A stretch of 64,000 nucleotides of DNA from Akkermansiaceae bacterium (GTDB lineage: Bacteria > Gemmatimonadota > Gemmatimonadetes > Palauibacterales > Palauibacteraceae): contig CAXMRU010000280.1 in assembly GCA_964195715.1 (NCBI GenBank), positions 40-64,039 of the forward strand, written 5' to 3'. The position numbers and the translations under genes are program-made. Below are positions 11,893 to 22,379 of the stretch, piece after piece; the first letter of the stretch is position 1, and each line of letters opens with the position of its first letter. The notes under the pieces are model-generated. The model made no database searches, was not told the origin of the DNA, and saw nothing but the letters and a program-made list of their open reading frames with translations.

Positions 11893-12657
11893 TCAGCCTC
11901 CGAACAGGCGGTCCATGAGAATGGCTCCTGCGAGCGCCGCGTTGAGAGACTCTGCATCGCCCCGCATCGGAATCGCAACGATCCGGTCGGCAGCCGTCCG
12001 AATCGTTCCGGATACGCCCCTGCTCTCGTTCCCCAGTACGAGCGCCAAGCCATCGGGTCGCGTCGCGCCGCGCTCAAGGAGATCCCCGTCCGCCGCGCTC
12101 GCCCATACGGCACACCCGATCGTCCGCAGGTGAGCCACCGCCTCGTCCCACGCCACAGCGAGGACGGGAAGGCGGATGGAGGAACCCGCGGCCGCGCGAA
12201 CGACCTTCGGGCTCCATGGATCCGCGGTCCCCGGCAGGGCCACGACTCCGGACGCTCCCAGGGCTTCCGCCGCACGGATCAACGTCCCGACGTTACCCGG
12301 ATCCTGCATGGCATCCAGGACGAGGATGTCCGGTGTCCGGAAGTCCGACCAGCTCCACTGCGGGATCGGCGCGACCGCGATCCACCCCTGCGGCGTCACG
12401 GTATCCGCGTGCCGTCGCAGCTCGGAGTCGCTCACGAGCTCGTGCGGGATGCCGGCTGCCATGATGCCTTCGAGCAACTCCCGGCCGTCTGGCTCCGCTT
12501 CCGCCGCCTCGGTATATAACACGAGCGTCACCGGGCGCTCTGTCCTCAGGAGCTCCTCCAGGACACGGGGACCCTCGACGAGAAACTCTCCCCGGGCACT
12601 CCGCTCCTTGCGCCGGTGCAGCGCACGAAAGTGCTTGCTCTGACTCAGGCTGGGCAT
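11893..12657 (-). CDS. TrmH/SpoU-family RNA 2'-O-methyltransferase
   Basis: 254 aa. SpoU-type motifs ([46 protein letters not shown]). The stop abuts the pilD start. Confidence 0.85.
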   Translation of the reverse strand: MPSLSQSKHFRALHRRKERSARGEFLVEGPRVLEELLRTERPVTLVLYTEAAEAEPDGRELLEGIMAAGIPHELVSDSELRRHADTVTPQGWIAVAPIPQWSWSDFRTPDILVLDAMQDPGNVGTLIRAAEALGASGVVALPGTADPWSPKVVRAAAGSSIRLPVLAVAWDEAVAHLRTIGCAVWASAADGDLLERGATRPDGLALVLGNESRGVSGTIRTAADRIVAIPMRGDAESLNAALAGAILMDRLFGG

Positions 12658-12720
12658 GGCCAGTCAATGTGACCCTGACGCCGCCGCGGGGAAAGCGGCG
12701 GCGGGAAGTCGAACATCACC

Positions 12721-13527
12721 GTGAAAGCAGTGGTATCAACGAGGCCTCCGGTCGCCCTCACGATAGCGGGAAGCGATTCGGGAGGCGGTGCGGGCATCCA
12801 GGCCGACCTGAAGACGTTCCATGCGTTCGGCGTGTTCGGCACGTCAGCAGTCACGGCAGTCACGGTTCAGAACACTGTCGGTGTCACCGGCGTGCAGACG
12901 ATCGATCCAGACGTCGTTGCCGCACAGATTCACTCCGTCATGCAAGACCTGGCGCCCACCGCCTGCAAGTCGGGCATGCTCGCGGACGCTCCCATCATCC
13001 ACGCGGTTGCAGACGCGCTGTCGGACTGTCGAATTGAACGTTACGTGCTGGACCCTGTGATGGTCGCCGCCAGCGGCGACCCGCTTCTTGACCCTGACGC
13101 GGTAGACTCCCTCCGGACGGAGCTTGTTCCGCTGGCCGCGCTCGTCACACCCAATCTCGATGAGGCCTCGATTCTCACCGGCCTGCAGGTGGCCTCGGAG
13201 ACGGACATGCGGCGGGCCGCCGAGCACCTCGTGAACGCAGGCAGTCGGGCGGTGCTGATCAAGGGAGGGCACCTCGAGGCGGATGAGATTGTCGACGTGC
13301 TGTACGACGGAACCGAATGGCTCGAGTGGAGGGCCACCAAGCTGCCGGTCGGCAACGCGCACGGGACGGGGTGCACGCTGTCCGCGGCGATCGCGGCCGG
13401 GCTGGCCCTCGGGTACCCGCTCAACGTAGCCGTGGACAGGGGCCTCGCGTACACGCGGCGTGCGATCGCCACGGCACCCGGCCTCGGGGCGGGAAGCACG
13501 CCGCTCAACCACTGGGTCGAAACCTAG
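12721..13527 (+). CDS. thiD: Hydroxymethylpyrimidine/phosphomethylpyrimidine kinase
   Basis: 268 aa. [27 protein letters not shown]-like (CKSGML), and [15 protein letters not shown] near the C-terminus. Confidence 0.92.
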   Translation: MKAVVSTRPPVALTIAGSDSGGGAGIQADLKTFHAFGVFGTSAVTAVTVQNTVGVTGVQTIDPDVVAAQIHSVMQDLAPTACKSGMLADAPIIHAVADALSDCRIERYVLDPVMVAASGDPLLDPDAVDSLRTELVPLAALVTPNLDEASILTGLQVASETDMRRAAEHLVNAGSRAVLIKGGHLEADEIVDVLYDGTEWLEWRATKLPVGNAHGTGCTLSAAIAAGLALGYPLNVAVDRGLAYTRRAIATAPGLGAGSTPLNHWVET

Positions 13528-14375
13528 AGGGCTGGACCGATCCGGCCGATCACAGATCGCACGAGGGCTCGGAAACGCCCTCCCACCCGCTCGGTGGTCT
13601 CCATCACATCGCGGTGCGACAGGGGTTCCGCTCTGATACCGGCGCCGTAGTTGGTGAGGCAGCTTACACCGAAGCAGCGCACCCCGATGGCGCGGGCCGT
13701 GATGACCTCCAGCACGGTCGACATGCCCACGGCGTCCGCTCCCAATCGTGCCAGCATCCGCACTTCAGCGGGTGTTTCGTAACTCGGGCCCAGGAGTCCC
13801 GCGTATACGCCCTCTTTCAGCGGTATGCCCTCGTCGAGCGCCGTCTCCCTCACGACCCTGCGCAGATCCGCATCGTAAGCGTCGCTCATGTCCGGAAATC
13901 TCTCGTCGCCCACGACCACCGGTCCCACGAGCGGGTTCATTCCCGTCAAGTTCAGGTGGTCGGAGATGAGCATGAGGTCTCCGGGCCGGAAACCCCGGTT
14001 GACTGTACCGGCCGCGTTGCTGACGAATAGAGCCTTGATGCCGAGGGCCGCCAGCACCCGCACCGGCAGCGTGGCCTCTCCCGCCCCGTGGCCTTCGTAC
14101 AGGTGGGAGCGTCCCTTTAGAACCACCGTGGGAACGCCTTCCAGAAGACCGGCGACCAGAGTGCCCGAATGACCCTCCACACCGACCGGCAGCCAGTGCG
14201 GAAGCTCCTCGTAAGGAACGCGCACCGCGTCCTCGAAGGCATCGCCGAGAGAGCCGAGCCCCGATCCGAGCACCAGCCCGACGGCGGGATGAAGGTCTCC
14301 CACGCGATCGCGGATCGCCGCCGCCGCCTCCCGCGCCCGGACGGCCAGGTCCGCGGCACCGTCCGCGGCACTCAC
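13524..14375 (-). CDS. punA: Purine nucleoside phosphorylase (trimeric PNP/MTAP family)
   Basis: GLVLGSGLG, GHSGTLVAGLLEGVPTVVLKGRSHLYEGH, FVSNAAG and GMSTVLEVITA. I placed the start at GTG 14375, which forms a GTGA overlap with the upstream stop. The longer ORF-track N-terminus is Arg-rich and overlaps nupC. Confidence 0.88.
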   Translation of the reverse strand: MSAADGAADLAVRAREAAAAIRDRVGDLHPAVGLVLGSGLGSLGDAFEDAVRVPYEELPHWLPVGVEGHSGTLVAGLLEGVPTVVLKGRSHLYEGHGAGEATLPVRVLAALGIKALFVSNAAGTVNRGFRPGDLMLISDHLNLTGMNPLVGPVVVGDERFPDMSDAYDADLRRVVRETALDEGIPLKEGVYAGLLGPSYETPAEVRMLARLGADAVGMSTVLEVITARAIGVRCFGVSCLTNYGAGIRAEPLSHRDVMETTERVGGRFRALVRSVIGRIGPAL

Positions 14376-15766
14376 GCCAGGACCCCGGCAAGCATTGCCG
14401 TCATCCAGGTTGCGACCGTTCCGCCGAGCATGGCCCGCAGTCCCAGGCGAGACAGATCGTGTCGGCGTTCCGGCGCTATCCCACCGATGCCGCCGATCTG
14501 AATCGCGATAGAGGAAAAGTTGGCGAACCCGGTAAGAGCGTACGTGGCGATGATCACCGATTTCGGAGACAGCGTCGATCCACCGGCAATCCCGTCCGCC
14601 AGCATCTGGAAGGCCACGAATTCGTTGGCGACCATCTTCACGCCGAACAGGGTTCCGATCTCGGAGGCGTCGGCCATCGGCACGCCGATCAGCCAGGCGA
14701 TCGGAGCGAACGCCCACCCGAGAAGCCGCTCGAGAGTGATCCCCTCGATGTTGACCAGCCCGAGGCTCCAGCCCAGAAGTCCGTTGAACAAGGCGATCAG
14801 CGCCAGAAACGCGATGAGCATGGCACCGACGTTCAGCGCGAGGCGCATACCATCCGAAGCACCGCCTGCCGCGGCATCGATCACGTTGACCGAGTCCTGC
14901 TCGATGTCGAAGTCGAGGCTGTCACGCGTCTCCGGCTCCTCGGTCTCCGGCATCAGCATCTTGCTCACGACGATACTGGCCGGAGCCGCCATGATGCTGG
15001 CCGCGAGCAGGTGTCCCGCGATCAACGGGAAGTAACCGGCGAGCATGGCCACGTAGGCCGCCATTACGCCGCCCGCCACGGTGGCGAACCCTCCCGTCAT
15101 CACCGTGTTGAGCTCGGACATCGTCATGTTCTTGACGAAGGGCTTGATCAGGAGCGGGGCCTCCGTCTGCCCCACGAAGATGTTGCCGGCTGCCGACGTC
15201 GTCTCTGCTCCGCTCGTCTTCAGGGTCCGCTGCATCACCCAGGCGACGACCTTCACGATCCGCTGCATCACGCCCAGATAGTAAAGGACCGTCATCAGGG
15301 CGGAGAAGAAGATGATCGTCGGCAGCACCGCAAAGGCGAAATTGCTCGCGATCTCGACGACCCCATCGCCCCCTGTGACCGGTGTGGAATAGTCGACCAG
15401 AGAGCCGAAGACGAAACGCGCCCCCGCCATCGTATAGCTGATCAGGGCGATGAACACGTCGTTCACGACGCTGAAGAAACCCCGCCCCCACGTGGTCTTG
15501 AGGATGAGAAGAGCAAAGATGATCTGCAGCCCGAGGCCCTTCGCCACGAGACTCCAGTCGATCGATTTCCGTTTCGGCGAGAACCTCCACAGGACGAACA
15601 GGATTACGGTGAGCGCGAGCAGTCCGCGACCCAGCCGGAACAGGAACGGCTCATCGATCGCCCCTGTCTGCACGAGCGTTGACCCACCCTCCTGGAGAGC
15701 CCATGCCGCCGTCGGCGTCAGGACCAGCGCAAGGATGCCCGGCAGTACCCGTTTCCAGCCTACCAT
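14372..15766 (-). CDS. nupC: Concentrative nucleoside transporter (NupC/CNT family)
   Basis: About 464-aa polytopic protein with CNT-type blocks (NIFVGQTEAPLLIKPF, ANEFVAF, GFANFSSIAIQIGGIGG). The ATG at 15766 lies just after the rhomboid stop. Confidence 0.85.
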   Translation of the reverse strand: MVGWKRVLPGILALVLTPTAAWALQEGGSTLVQTGAIDEPFLFRLGRGLLALTVILFVLWRFSPKRKSIDWSLVAKGLGLQIIFALLILKTTWGRGFFSVVNDVFIALISYTMAGARFVFGSLVDYSTPVTGGDGVVEIASNFAFAVLPTIIFFSALMTVLYYLGVMQRIVKVVAWVMQRTLKTSGAETTSAAGNIFVGQTEAPLLIKPFVKNMTMSELNTVMTGGFATVAGGVMAAYVAMLAGYFPLIAGHLLAASIMAAPASIVVSKMLMPETEEPETRDSLDFDIEQDSVNVIDAAAGGASDGMRLALNVGAMLIAFLALIALFNGLLGWSLGLVNIEGITLERLLGWAFAPIAWLIGVPMADASEIGTLFGVKMVANEFVAFQMLADGIAGGSTLSPKSVIIATYALTGFANFSSIAIQIGGIGGIAPERRHDLSRLGLRAMLGGTVATWMTAMLAGVLA

Positions 15767-16527
15767 GGATCCCACCTTCCCATTTCCTCTCGCGTGAGTA
15801 CGCGGCCGGCGCGTTTGGCTCCAACCAGCTTCCGCTTCTCGAACAGCTTAACCAGAACGGCTCCCGCAACGAACCCGCCGATGTGGGCCCAGAACGCCAC
15901 TGTGCCACCCGAACCGCCGAGAGCCATGCTGCCACCCATGACCTGGAGGAAGAACCAGTAGAGCAACAGAACCCAGGCCGGCAGCGGAATCACCCGAATG
16001 ATGATGATCAGGATGATCAGCGTCTGGACCCGGACCTTCGGATACAGGACCATGTAGGCCCCCATGATGCCGCTGATCGCTCCCGACGCTCCGACCGTGG
16101 GAATCGCACTGCCTGGATCGGTGAGGATCTGCGCCCCTGTCGCCAATGCTCCCGTCAGCAGATAGAAGATCACGTAGCGGATGTGCCCCATCGAGTCTTC
16201 GATATTGTTCCCGAATACCCAGAGGAACCACATATTTCCGATCAGGTGCATCCAGCCGCCGTGCATGAACATCGACGTCAGCACGCTGCCGATTCCCAGT
16301 CCCCCGACCCGGCACGAAGCGCCCGGCCCGAGCTCGACCGACGAGCCGGCGGGAATCGCCCCCGTGATCTCTCCGGGGATGGCTCCGTACTGGCAAAGCG
16401 ATCCCAGAAACGCCGGATCCGATCCTGCTCCCTGGACAAACAGCCAGACCGCCACGTTCACGATGATGATCAGGAACGTGACAAAGGGAACGAGCTCGGT
16501 GGGATTCTCATCTCTGAGCGGAAACAT
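15760..16527 (-). CDS. Rhomboid-family intramembrane serine protease
   Basis: HGGWMHLIGNMWFLWVFG, catalytic GASGAISGIMGAY and the His in HIGGFVAG. I chose the start at ATG 16527 (MFPLRDENP). The ORF track extends to 16632. Confidence 0.88.
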   Translation of the reverse strand: MFPLRDENPTELVPFVTFLIIIVNVAVWLFVQGAGSDPAFLGSLCQYGAIPGEITGAIPAGSSVELGPGASCRVGGLGIGSVLTSMFMHGGWMHLIGNMWFLWVFGNNIEDSMGHIRYVIFYLLTGALATGAQILTDPGSAIPTVGASGAISGIMGAYMVLYPKVRVQTLIILIIIIRVIPLPAWVLLLYWFFLQVMGGSMALGGSGGTVAFWAHIGGFVAGAVLVKLFEKRKLVGAKRAGRVLTREEMGRWDPW

Positions 16528-16831
16528 GGCCCCACGGTAGGCGCGGGTTTGGGACAGCGCAACGAGGCGCTGCGACCACGACGGTCCATACCCGCCATGT
16601 TGGCATGGGCCGGGTTCCTGCCGTTCTGACACCCAGGCGGGCGGGCAGTGTCAGAATGTCTGTAATCTGGCCCCGATCTGGCCGTATTTGACCTCTGAGT
16701 CCGGCACATCGTTTGCACCTCCTCCGCCCGACTGACGAAAGCACTGGTCCCCAGGCGGGCCGGGGCGGGCGTGCCCCCGAGTCAACACTCGACGGGCGTG
16801 GCCGTCTGATCAGACAGGAAAGGGAAACGAA

Positions 16832-18781
16832 ATGGGCAAAGTCATAGGAATCGACCTCGGAACGACGAACTCGGTGGTCTCCGTCATGGAGGGTGGAGAC
16901 CCGGTCGTCATCCCGAACGCCGAGGGCACTCGTACCACGCCATCCGTCGTCGCCTACACGAAGGACAATGAGCGGCTCGTGGGGCAGGTGGCGAAGCGCC
17001 AGGCAGTCACCAACCCGAGCAACACGATCTTTTCGATCAAGCGCTTCGTGGGCCGTAAGTGCTCGGAGGTGAAATCGGAGCGCAAGCTCGTGCCGTGGGA
17101 GATCGAGTGCGATGCGCAGGACCGGGTGCAGGTCAAGGTCCCGAACGCGGGCAAGACGTTCACGCCGCCCGAGCTCTCGGCGATGATCCTCCAGAAGATG
17201 AAGCAGACGGCGGAGGACTACCTGGGCACCGATGTCACCCAAGCCGTCATCACGGTGCCTGCATATTTTAATGACGCGCAGCGCCAGGCCACGAAGGACG
17301 CGGGGAAGATCGCGGGACTTGAAGTCCTGCGGATCATCAACGAGCCCACGGCCGCAGCGCTGGCGTACGGCCTCGACAAGAAGTCCGAGGAGAAGATCGC
17401 CGTGTTCGACCTCGGTGGCGGCACGTACGACATCTCGGTCCTCGAGCTTGGGGACGGGGTGTTCGAGGTGAAGGCCACGAACGGCGACACGCACCTGGGA
17501 GGGGACGACTTCGACCAGCGCATCATCGACTGGCTCGTCACCGAGTTCAAGAAGGATCAGGGGATTGACCTGTCGCAGGACCCGATGGCCCTGCAGCGAC
17601 TCAAGGAGGCGGCCGAGAAGGCGAAGTGCGAGCTGTCGAGCACGTTGCAGACGGACATCAACCTTCCGTTCATCACCGCCGACCAGAGCGGTCCGAAGCA
17701 CCTTAACGTGTCGCTCTCGCGGTCGAAGTTCGAGCAGATGGTTGACGACCTGATCGAGCGCACCATGGAGCCGATGCGAAAGGCTCTGGCCGACGCCGGC
17801 CTCGAGCCATCGGAAATCGACGAGGTCATCCTGGTGGGAGGATCCACCCGGATTCCGAAGATCCAGGACACGGTGCGCGACTTCTTCGGAAAGGAGCCAC
17901 ACAAGGGCGTAAACCCGGACGAGGTGGTGGGCATCGGGGCCGCGATTCAAGGCGGTGTGCTCGCCGGGGATGTCACGGACGTGCTGCTACTGGACGTGAC
18001 GCCTCTATCGCTCGGGATCGAGACGCTGGGCGGAGTGATGACGACGCTGATCGGCCGGAACACGACGATCCCGACCAAGAAGAGCGAGATCTTCTCGACG
18101 GCCGAGGACAGCCAGCCGACGGTGGACATTCACGTCCTGCAGGGCGAACGACCGATGGCGCTGGACAACAAGACGATCGGTCGGTTTCAGTTGACGGGCA
18201 TCCCGCCGGCGGCGCGCGGCGTGCCGCAGGTCGAGGTCGCGTTCGACATCGACGCCAATGGGATCCTGCACGTCAGCGCCAAGGATCGAGCAACGGCCAA
18301 GGAGCAGAAGATACGGATCGAGGCTTCATCCGGCCTTTCGGACTCCGAGATCGAGCAGATGATGAACGACGCTGAAGCACATGCGTCGGAAGACAAGGAC
18401 AGGCGAGAGAAGGCGGAGGCGCGAAACCGCCTCGACTCCCTGATCTACCAGACGGAGAAGAACCTGGAGGACTGGAAGGACTCGGTGGACGAGGAAGGCA
18501 AGACGGACGTGGAGGCCAAGCTTGAGCGCGGCAGGCAGGCGCTCAAGCAGGACGATACGGCCGAGATCACAGCCGCCACGGAGGAGATCCAGCAGGCCGT
18601 CCAGGCCCTGGCGCAGCAGATCTATTCGAAGGCCGGGATGGGGGACCAGGCCGGGGCCGCGTCCGACTTCGAGCAGGCGGCCGATGCCGGCGAAGCGGGA
18701 CAGGAGCAGGACGAAGCGGCCGGTGACGAAGACGTCGTAGAGGCCGACTACGAGATCGTAGACGAGTCGGAGGAGAAGTAA
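16832..18781 (+). CDS. dnaK: Hsp70 chaperone DnaK
   Basis: 649 aa. [31 protein letters not shown] and an acidic C-terminal tail. GGAAAGGGAAA lies upstream of the ATG. Confidence 0.99.
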   Translation: MGKVIGIDLGTTNSVVSVMEGGDPVVIPNAEGTRTTPSVVAYTKDNERLVGQVAKRQAVTNPSNTIFSIKRFVGRKCSEVKSERKLVPWEIECDAQDRVQVKVPNAGKTFTPPELSAMILQKMKQTAEDYLGTDVTQAVITVPAYFNDAQRQATKDAGKIAGLEVLRIINEPTAAALAYGLDKKSEEKIAVFDLGGGTYDISVLELGDGVFEVKATNGDTHLGGDDFDQRIIDWLVTEFKKDQGIDLSQDPMALQRLKEAAEKAKCELSSTLQTDINLPFITADQSGPKHLNVSLSRSKFEQMVDDLIERTMEPMRKALADAGLEPSEIDEVILVGGSTRIPKIQDTVRDFFGKEPHKGVNPDEVVGIGAAIQGGVLAGDVTDVLLLDVTPLSLGIETLGGVMTTLIGRNTTIPTKKSEIFSTAEDSQPTVDIHVLQGERPMALDNKTIGRFQLTGIPPAARGVPQVEVAFDIDANGILHVSAKDRATAKEQKIRIEASSGLSDSEIEQMMNDAEAHASEDKDRREKAEARNRLDSLIYQTEKNLEDWKDSVDEEGKTDVEAKLERGRQALKQDDTAEITAATEEIQQAVQALAQQIYSKAGMGDQAGAASDFEQAADAGEAGQEQDEAAGDEDVVEADYEIVDESEEK

Positions 18782-18808
18782 GTCCAAAACCTGGGCGAGG
18801 TTGGGAAG

Positions 18809-18840
18809 ACGGCGTCCCCGCAGCGGGGACGCCGTTCTTC
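18809..18840 (+). terminator. Terminator hairpin after dnaK
   Basis: ACGGCGTCCCCG-CAG-CGGGGACGCCGT (perfect 12-bp arms) followed by TCTTC. It starts 28 nt after the dnaK stop. Confidence 0.65.
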
Positions 18841-19029
18841 ATCCCGGCGGATTGAGGGCAACGCGCTGCCCGGCTCGTGCGTCTCAAGTTGGGCCACCGC
18901 CGGGAAGCGCCCGATGTCGGGTACGGGTGGAACCGGAGACGCCCCAGGGCGATAGTAAGGAGCATGCAAGCAGACAGCGGTCGGGTCGGTGACCCGCCGT
19001 CGCACGAAAGGAAAGGCGACAGAAAAACG

Positions 19030-20586
19030 ATGAACGATGCGTTGCGGACCAAACTGAACCTCCTTCTCACCGCCGTGGTCGCGTTCGCCGTAGGCCTCGG
19101 CCTTGCCGCACGGATGGACCTGACACCAGCGGGCCTGGCGCGGATAGCCGACAACCCGCCCCTCAACATACAGGTCGTGGAGCCCATGCCGGTGCAGGAC
19201 GGTACCCTCCCACAGGCAGGCTTCTCAGAGATCGCCGAACGAGTCACCCCCGCCGTCGTCACGATCTTCGTGGAGCGAACCATCCCCGAGCATGGCCGCG
19301 AAGGCGGAGGGCTCCCCCCGGCGTTCGAGGATTTCTTTCGGCAGCAGCAAGCTCCCCAGAGAGTCAGAGGCAGCGGATCCGGCTTCATCGTGAGCGAAGA
19401 CGGGTACATCGTGACCAACAACCACGTCGTCGAAGGCGCCGATCAGATCAACATCCAGCTCAGCGACCGCCGGGAGTTCACTGCCCGGCTCGTGGGGCGG
19501 GACCCGACCACGGACGTGGCGCTGTTGAAGCTGGACGCGGATAACCTGACGCCGGTCACCCTCGGCTCGAGCGACGCCACACGGGTTGGCGAATGGGTCC
19601 TGGCGATCGGCAGTCCCGGCTTCCGGGGGGTCGGTGGACCGCTCCTGACCACGGTCACCGCCGGAATCGTGAGTGCCAAGGGGCGGAACATCAACATCAT
19701 CGGACAGGAGTTCGAGAATCGGAACGAGGACAACCTCGCGATCGAGGACTTCATCCAGACCGATGCTGTGATCAATCCCGGCAACTCCGGCGGACCTCTC
19801 GTCAACATCCGCGGAGAGGTGATCGGCGTGAATTCGGCGATTGCCTCGAACACCGGATCATACCAGGGATACGGTTTCGCCGTGCCGATCGACCTGGTGC
19901 AGGAAGTGATCGACGACCTGGTCGAGTACGGCGAGGTCCGGCGAGCCCTGCTGGGCGTTTCGATCCAGGCCGTGGATGACACCGAGGCCCGGTACTACGA
20001 GCTCGACGAGGTCGCGGGGGCGAAGGTCATGGGCGTCAACGAGGGCATGGCAGCCGCCAGGGCCGGGATCCGCGTAGGCGACGTGATCGTGAAAGTCGGG
20101 GGCGAAAGAGTCGAGTCCGTGCCCGATCTGCAGCGGAAGATCAGGCGCCATGAGCCCGGCGAGACGGTGGCCGTCACCGTCGTGCGGCGGGATGACCTGA
20201 AGCGCGAGACCGTCGAGGTTCAACTGATGGACGCCGGCGATCTGAGCCAGCAGGCTGCACCCCAGCTGGTCGAGGCGGCAAGCTCCGACCGGCTGGGCAT
20301 CGAGGTCGAGGACCTCACCCGTGAGATTCGAAGGGCACTCGACCTGCCACGCGGCATGGAAGGGGTGGTCATCGTGTCAGCGGATGAGTACGGCCCGTAC
20401 GCACGTCGATCGCTCGGCAACCTCCGAGGCACGGTGATCACGTCGATCAACCGAGCGCCGATCCGCGACGTGGCCGACTACCGCGAGGCCGTGGAAGCGG
20501 TGGAGCCGGGCGACGTGGTCGGTATCGACATCTTCAATCCGGAGTCGGGACAGCGGGTGCCTCTCACGGTAGCGATCCCGAAGTAG
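19030..20586 (+). CDS. htrA: Periplasmic serine endoprotease DegP/HtrA (trypsin domain + 2 PDZ)
   Basis: Catalytic triad context TNNHVV / DVALLK / GNSGGPLVN, followed by two PDZ-like regions. The start at ATG 19030 (MNDALRTKLNLLLTAVVAFAV) gives a signal anchor. The ORF track begins at 18877. Confidence 0.92.
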   Translation: MNDALRTKLNLLLTAVVAFAVGLGLAARMDLTPAGLARIADNPPLNIQVVEPMPVQDGTLPQAGFSEIAERVTPAVVTIFVERTIPEHGREGGGLPPAFEDFFRQQQAPQRVRGSGSGFIVSEDGYIVTNNHVVEGADQINIQLSDRREFTARLVGRDPTTDVALLKLDADNLTPVTLGSSDATRVGEWVLAIGSPGFRGVGGPLLTTVTAGIVSAKGRNINIIGQEFENRNEDNLAIEDFIQTDAVINPGNSGGPLVNIRGEVIGVNSAIASNTGSYQGYGFAVPIDLVQEVIDDLVEYGEVRRALLGVSIQAVDDTEARYYELDEVAGAKVMGVNEGMAAARAGIRVGDVIVKVGGERVESVPDLQRKIRRHEPGETVAVTVVRRDDLKRETVEVQLMDAGDLSQQAAPQLVEAASSDRLGIEVEDLTREIRRALDLPRGMEGVVIVSADEYGPYARRSLGNLRGTVITSINRAPIRDVADYREAVEAVEPGDVVGIDIFNPESGQRVPLTVAIPK

Positions 20587-20626
20587 ACGAAAGAGCGGCC
20601 GTCATCCGGCCCGGGTGACGTCACGG

Positions 20627-20664
20627 AGCGGCGCTCTCTCGGCAGGGAGCGCCGCTTTCGCTTT
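20627..20664 (+). terminator. Terminator hairpin after htrA
   Basis: AGCGGCGCTC (20627..20636) pairs with GAGCGCCGCT (20647..20656) around a 10-nt loop, followed by TTCGCTTT. Confidence 0.6.
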
Positions 20665-20676
20665 AGCAGGTTGCAG

Positions 20677-20692
20677 CAGGTTGCTGAGATCC
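20677..20692 (+). repeat. Degenerate copy of the GGTYGCTGAAsAACCCTG intergenic motif
   Basis: CAGGTTGCTGAGATCC, preceded by a partial duplicate AGCAGGTTGC (20665..20674). Confidence 0.45.
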
Positions 20693-20804
20693 GCGGGCGG
20701 CGACGCGCGAACAGGGAGAGGTGCCGAACCCGCATCCACGATTGGCCGGAATTCGGGGCATGGGTTAGAATATCAGGCCGCACAGGGCAGACATGGCGGC
20801 CGGC

Positions 20805-20888
20805 GCGAAAGTGGCGGAATCGGTAGACGCGCCAGCCTTAGGAGCTGGTGGCCCGAGGGCCGTGGGGGTTCGAGTCCCCCCTTTCGCA
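20805..20888 (+). tRNA. tRNA-Leu (anticodon TAG)
   Basis: Acceptor stem GCGAAAG/CTTTCGC. Anticodon stem CCAGC/GCTGG with loop CTTAGGA (anticodon TAG at 20839..20841). Long variable arm GTGGCCCGAGGGCCGT. T-arm GGGGG-TTCGAGT-CCCCC, discriminator A. Folded by hand. Confidence 0.9.
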
Positions 20889-20895
20889 TCCAATG

Positions 20896-20922
20896 GAAGG
20901 CTGTTGAAGCACTACAGCCTTC
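20896..20922 (+). terminator. Stem-loop immediately after tRNA-Leu
   Basis: GAAGGCTGT pairs with ACAGCCTTC (9-bp stem, 9-nt loop). There is no T-run, so the role in termination or processing is uncertain. Confidence 0.3.
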
Positions 20923-21021
20923 TGGAAGGCACGAGAAACAGGGGATCGGGAACGCACACGTCATGCGGTCGTGATCGGCCGCCGGACGGACCAGCAGCTC
21001 GACGACAATGAGGATCAGTTG

Positions 21022-22302
21022 ATGTCGGCAGATACATCCATGGAAGAGACCGGAGACCGTCAGCTCGACGTCGCAGTCGAGGTGGGAGACGGATGGACCC
21101 GGCGCCTTACGATCACGATCCCGCCCGGGAGGGTGGGCCGCGCCCGGGCAGCCGAGCGGAAACGGCTGGGAAAGCGTGTACGAATCAAGGGATTTCGCCG
21201 GGGGAAGATCCCGGTGGACGTCCTCGAGCAGCGATACGGCGATTTCCTCGATGAGCACGTGCGAAGCGTTCTCGTCGAGGAGGCGTACCGCGAGGCGGTC
21301 GACGAGACGGAACTGCGGCCCGCCGGGGCCGCTCAGATCACAAACGTCCAGTACGCGCCGGGAGAGCGACTCACCTTTCAGGCCGAGTTCGAGATCATGC
21401 CGTCCGTCACTCTCGATCGTGTCGGCGGATTCAAGGTCGAACGCGAGCTCGCGCCCGTCACGGATGAAGAGGTGCAGCAGATTCTGGACGGGATCCGGTC
21501 CGAGCACGCGGCGTGGAACGCCGTGGAGCGCAACCCGGTTGACGGCGAACGTGTCTCCGTCGCCATCGAGCCTCTTCCGGACCCGGACTCCGAGCCCACT
21601 GGAGAGGCACGGCCGTATCAGTTCGTCCTGGGTTCCGGCGAGGCGCTCGAGAATGTTGAGAATGCGATCAAGCGGCTGGCTCCGGGAGAAACTGGTTCGT
21701 TCGCCGTGGCGTTCTCGACGGAGGGCGAGGCCGAGGGGGCCGAGGAGACCCGGCAGCTTCACATCCAGCTGGATAGCGTCGAGGAGCAGATGCTGCCGGA
21801 GCTCGACGACGCCCTCGCCGCCGCGGCCGGAGACTTCGAGAACGTGGCCGCTCTCGAGGAGGCGATCCGCACCGACCTCGCTCGGCACCACGAGGAAGAG
21901 GCTGAGGGTCGTGTCCGCGGCAAGTTGATGGAAGCCCTGATCGACGCCAATGCATTCGCGGTCCCACAGGCCCTGGTCGATCGCTACCTGGACGAGATGA
22001 TCCAGGCCCCGGAGGGGGCTGATCCGGAAAAGGTCCGGGAGGCGCGCCAGGAGCTGGCGCCGCTTTCGGAGACGCGTATCAAGGAGCAACTGATCCTGGA
22101 CCACCTGGCCAAGAGAGAGGGTTTCCAGGCGTCGGATGCGGACGTGCGGGAGGAAATCGAGCGGCTCGCCGAGAGCCGGGGAGTATCCACGGCGGAGCTC
22201 CGGCGCCGGTTGGCCCGCGAGGGCAGTCTGGAGGCCGTGGGCCGGAATCTTGCTGTAGAGAAGGTGTTCGAGTACCTGAAAAGGGAATCCGGGGTCGAGT
22301 GA
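21022..22302 (+). CDS. tig: Trigger factor
   Basis: Ribosome-binding signature GFRRGKIP near the N-terminus. Length and domain order fit trigger factor, and it sits directly upstream of clpP-clpX as in many bacteria. Start chosen at ATG 21022. Confidence 0.9.
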   Translation: MSADTSMEETGDRQLDVAVEVGDGWTRRLTITIPPGRVGRARAAERKRLGKRVRIKGFRRGKIPVDVLEQRYGDFLDEHVRSVLVEEAYREAVDETELRPAGAAQITNVQYAPGERLTFQAEFEIMPSVTLDRVGGFKVERELAPVTDEEVQQILDGIRSEHAAWNAVERNPVDGERVSVAIEPLPDPDSEPTGEARPYQFVLGSGEALENVENAIKRLAPGETGSFAVAFSTEGEAEGAEETRQLHIQLDSVEEQMLPELDDALAAAAGDFENVAALEEAIRTDLARHHEEEAEGRVRGKLMEALIDANAFAVPQALVDRYLDEMIQAPEGADPEKVREARQELAPLSETRIKEQLILDHLAKREGFQASDADVREEIERLAESRGVSTAELRRRLAREGSLEAVGRNLAVEKVFEYLKRESGVE

Positions 22303-22379
22303 CATGGCACAGGAACCATGTCCCGCGGTCGGGTAGGATGAGCTGAGGACAACGATACAAGGCGATTTGAAGGGGGACA

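Noticed and set aside
12658-12720. Possible TPP riboswitch before thiD. The region contains the hairpin CGCCGCCGC-GGGGAAA-GCGGCGGCG.
   Set aside because: The spacer is only 63 nt and lacks the conserved CUGAGA / ACCUGAUCUGGAUAAUGCC-type elements. It is too short for a TPP aptamer.
16778-16791. Inverted repeat CGAGT-CAAC-ACTCG upstream of dnaK, considered as a CIRCE or HAIR heat-shock operator.
   Set aside because: CIRCE (TTAGCACTC-N9-GAGTGCTAA) is absent. The HAIR half-sites (CTTGAGT-N7-ACTCAAG) do not match in length or spacing. I also found no convincing sigma32-type promoter.
16508-17950. 480-aa minus-strand ORF opposite dnaK.
   Set aside because: It is a shadow ORF of dnaK. It is Arg/Leu-rich, low complexity, and has no start context.
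22303-22379. TGGCAC in the tig-clpP spacer (CATGGCACAGGAACCATG), considered as a sigma54 -24 box.
   Set aside because: No TTGC sits at the required spacing; the -12 position reads CCAT. The sequence is better explained as a 6-bp hairpin, ACATGG/CCATGT.
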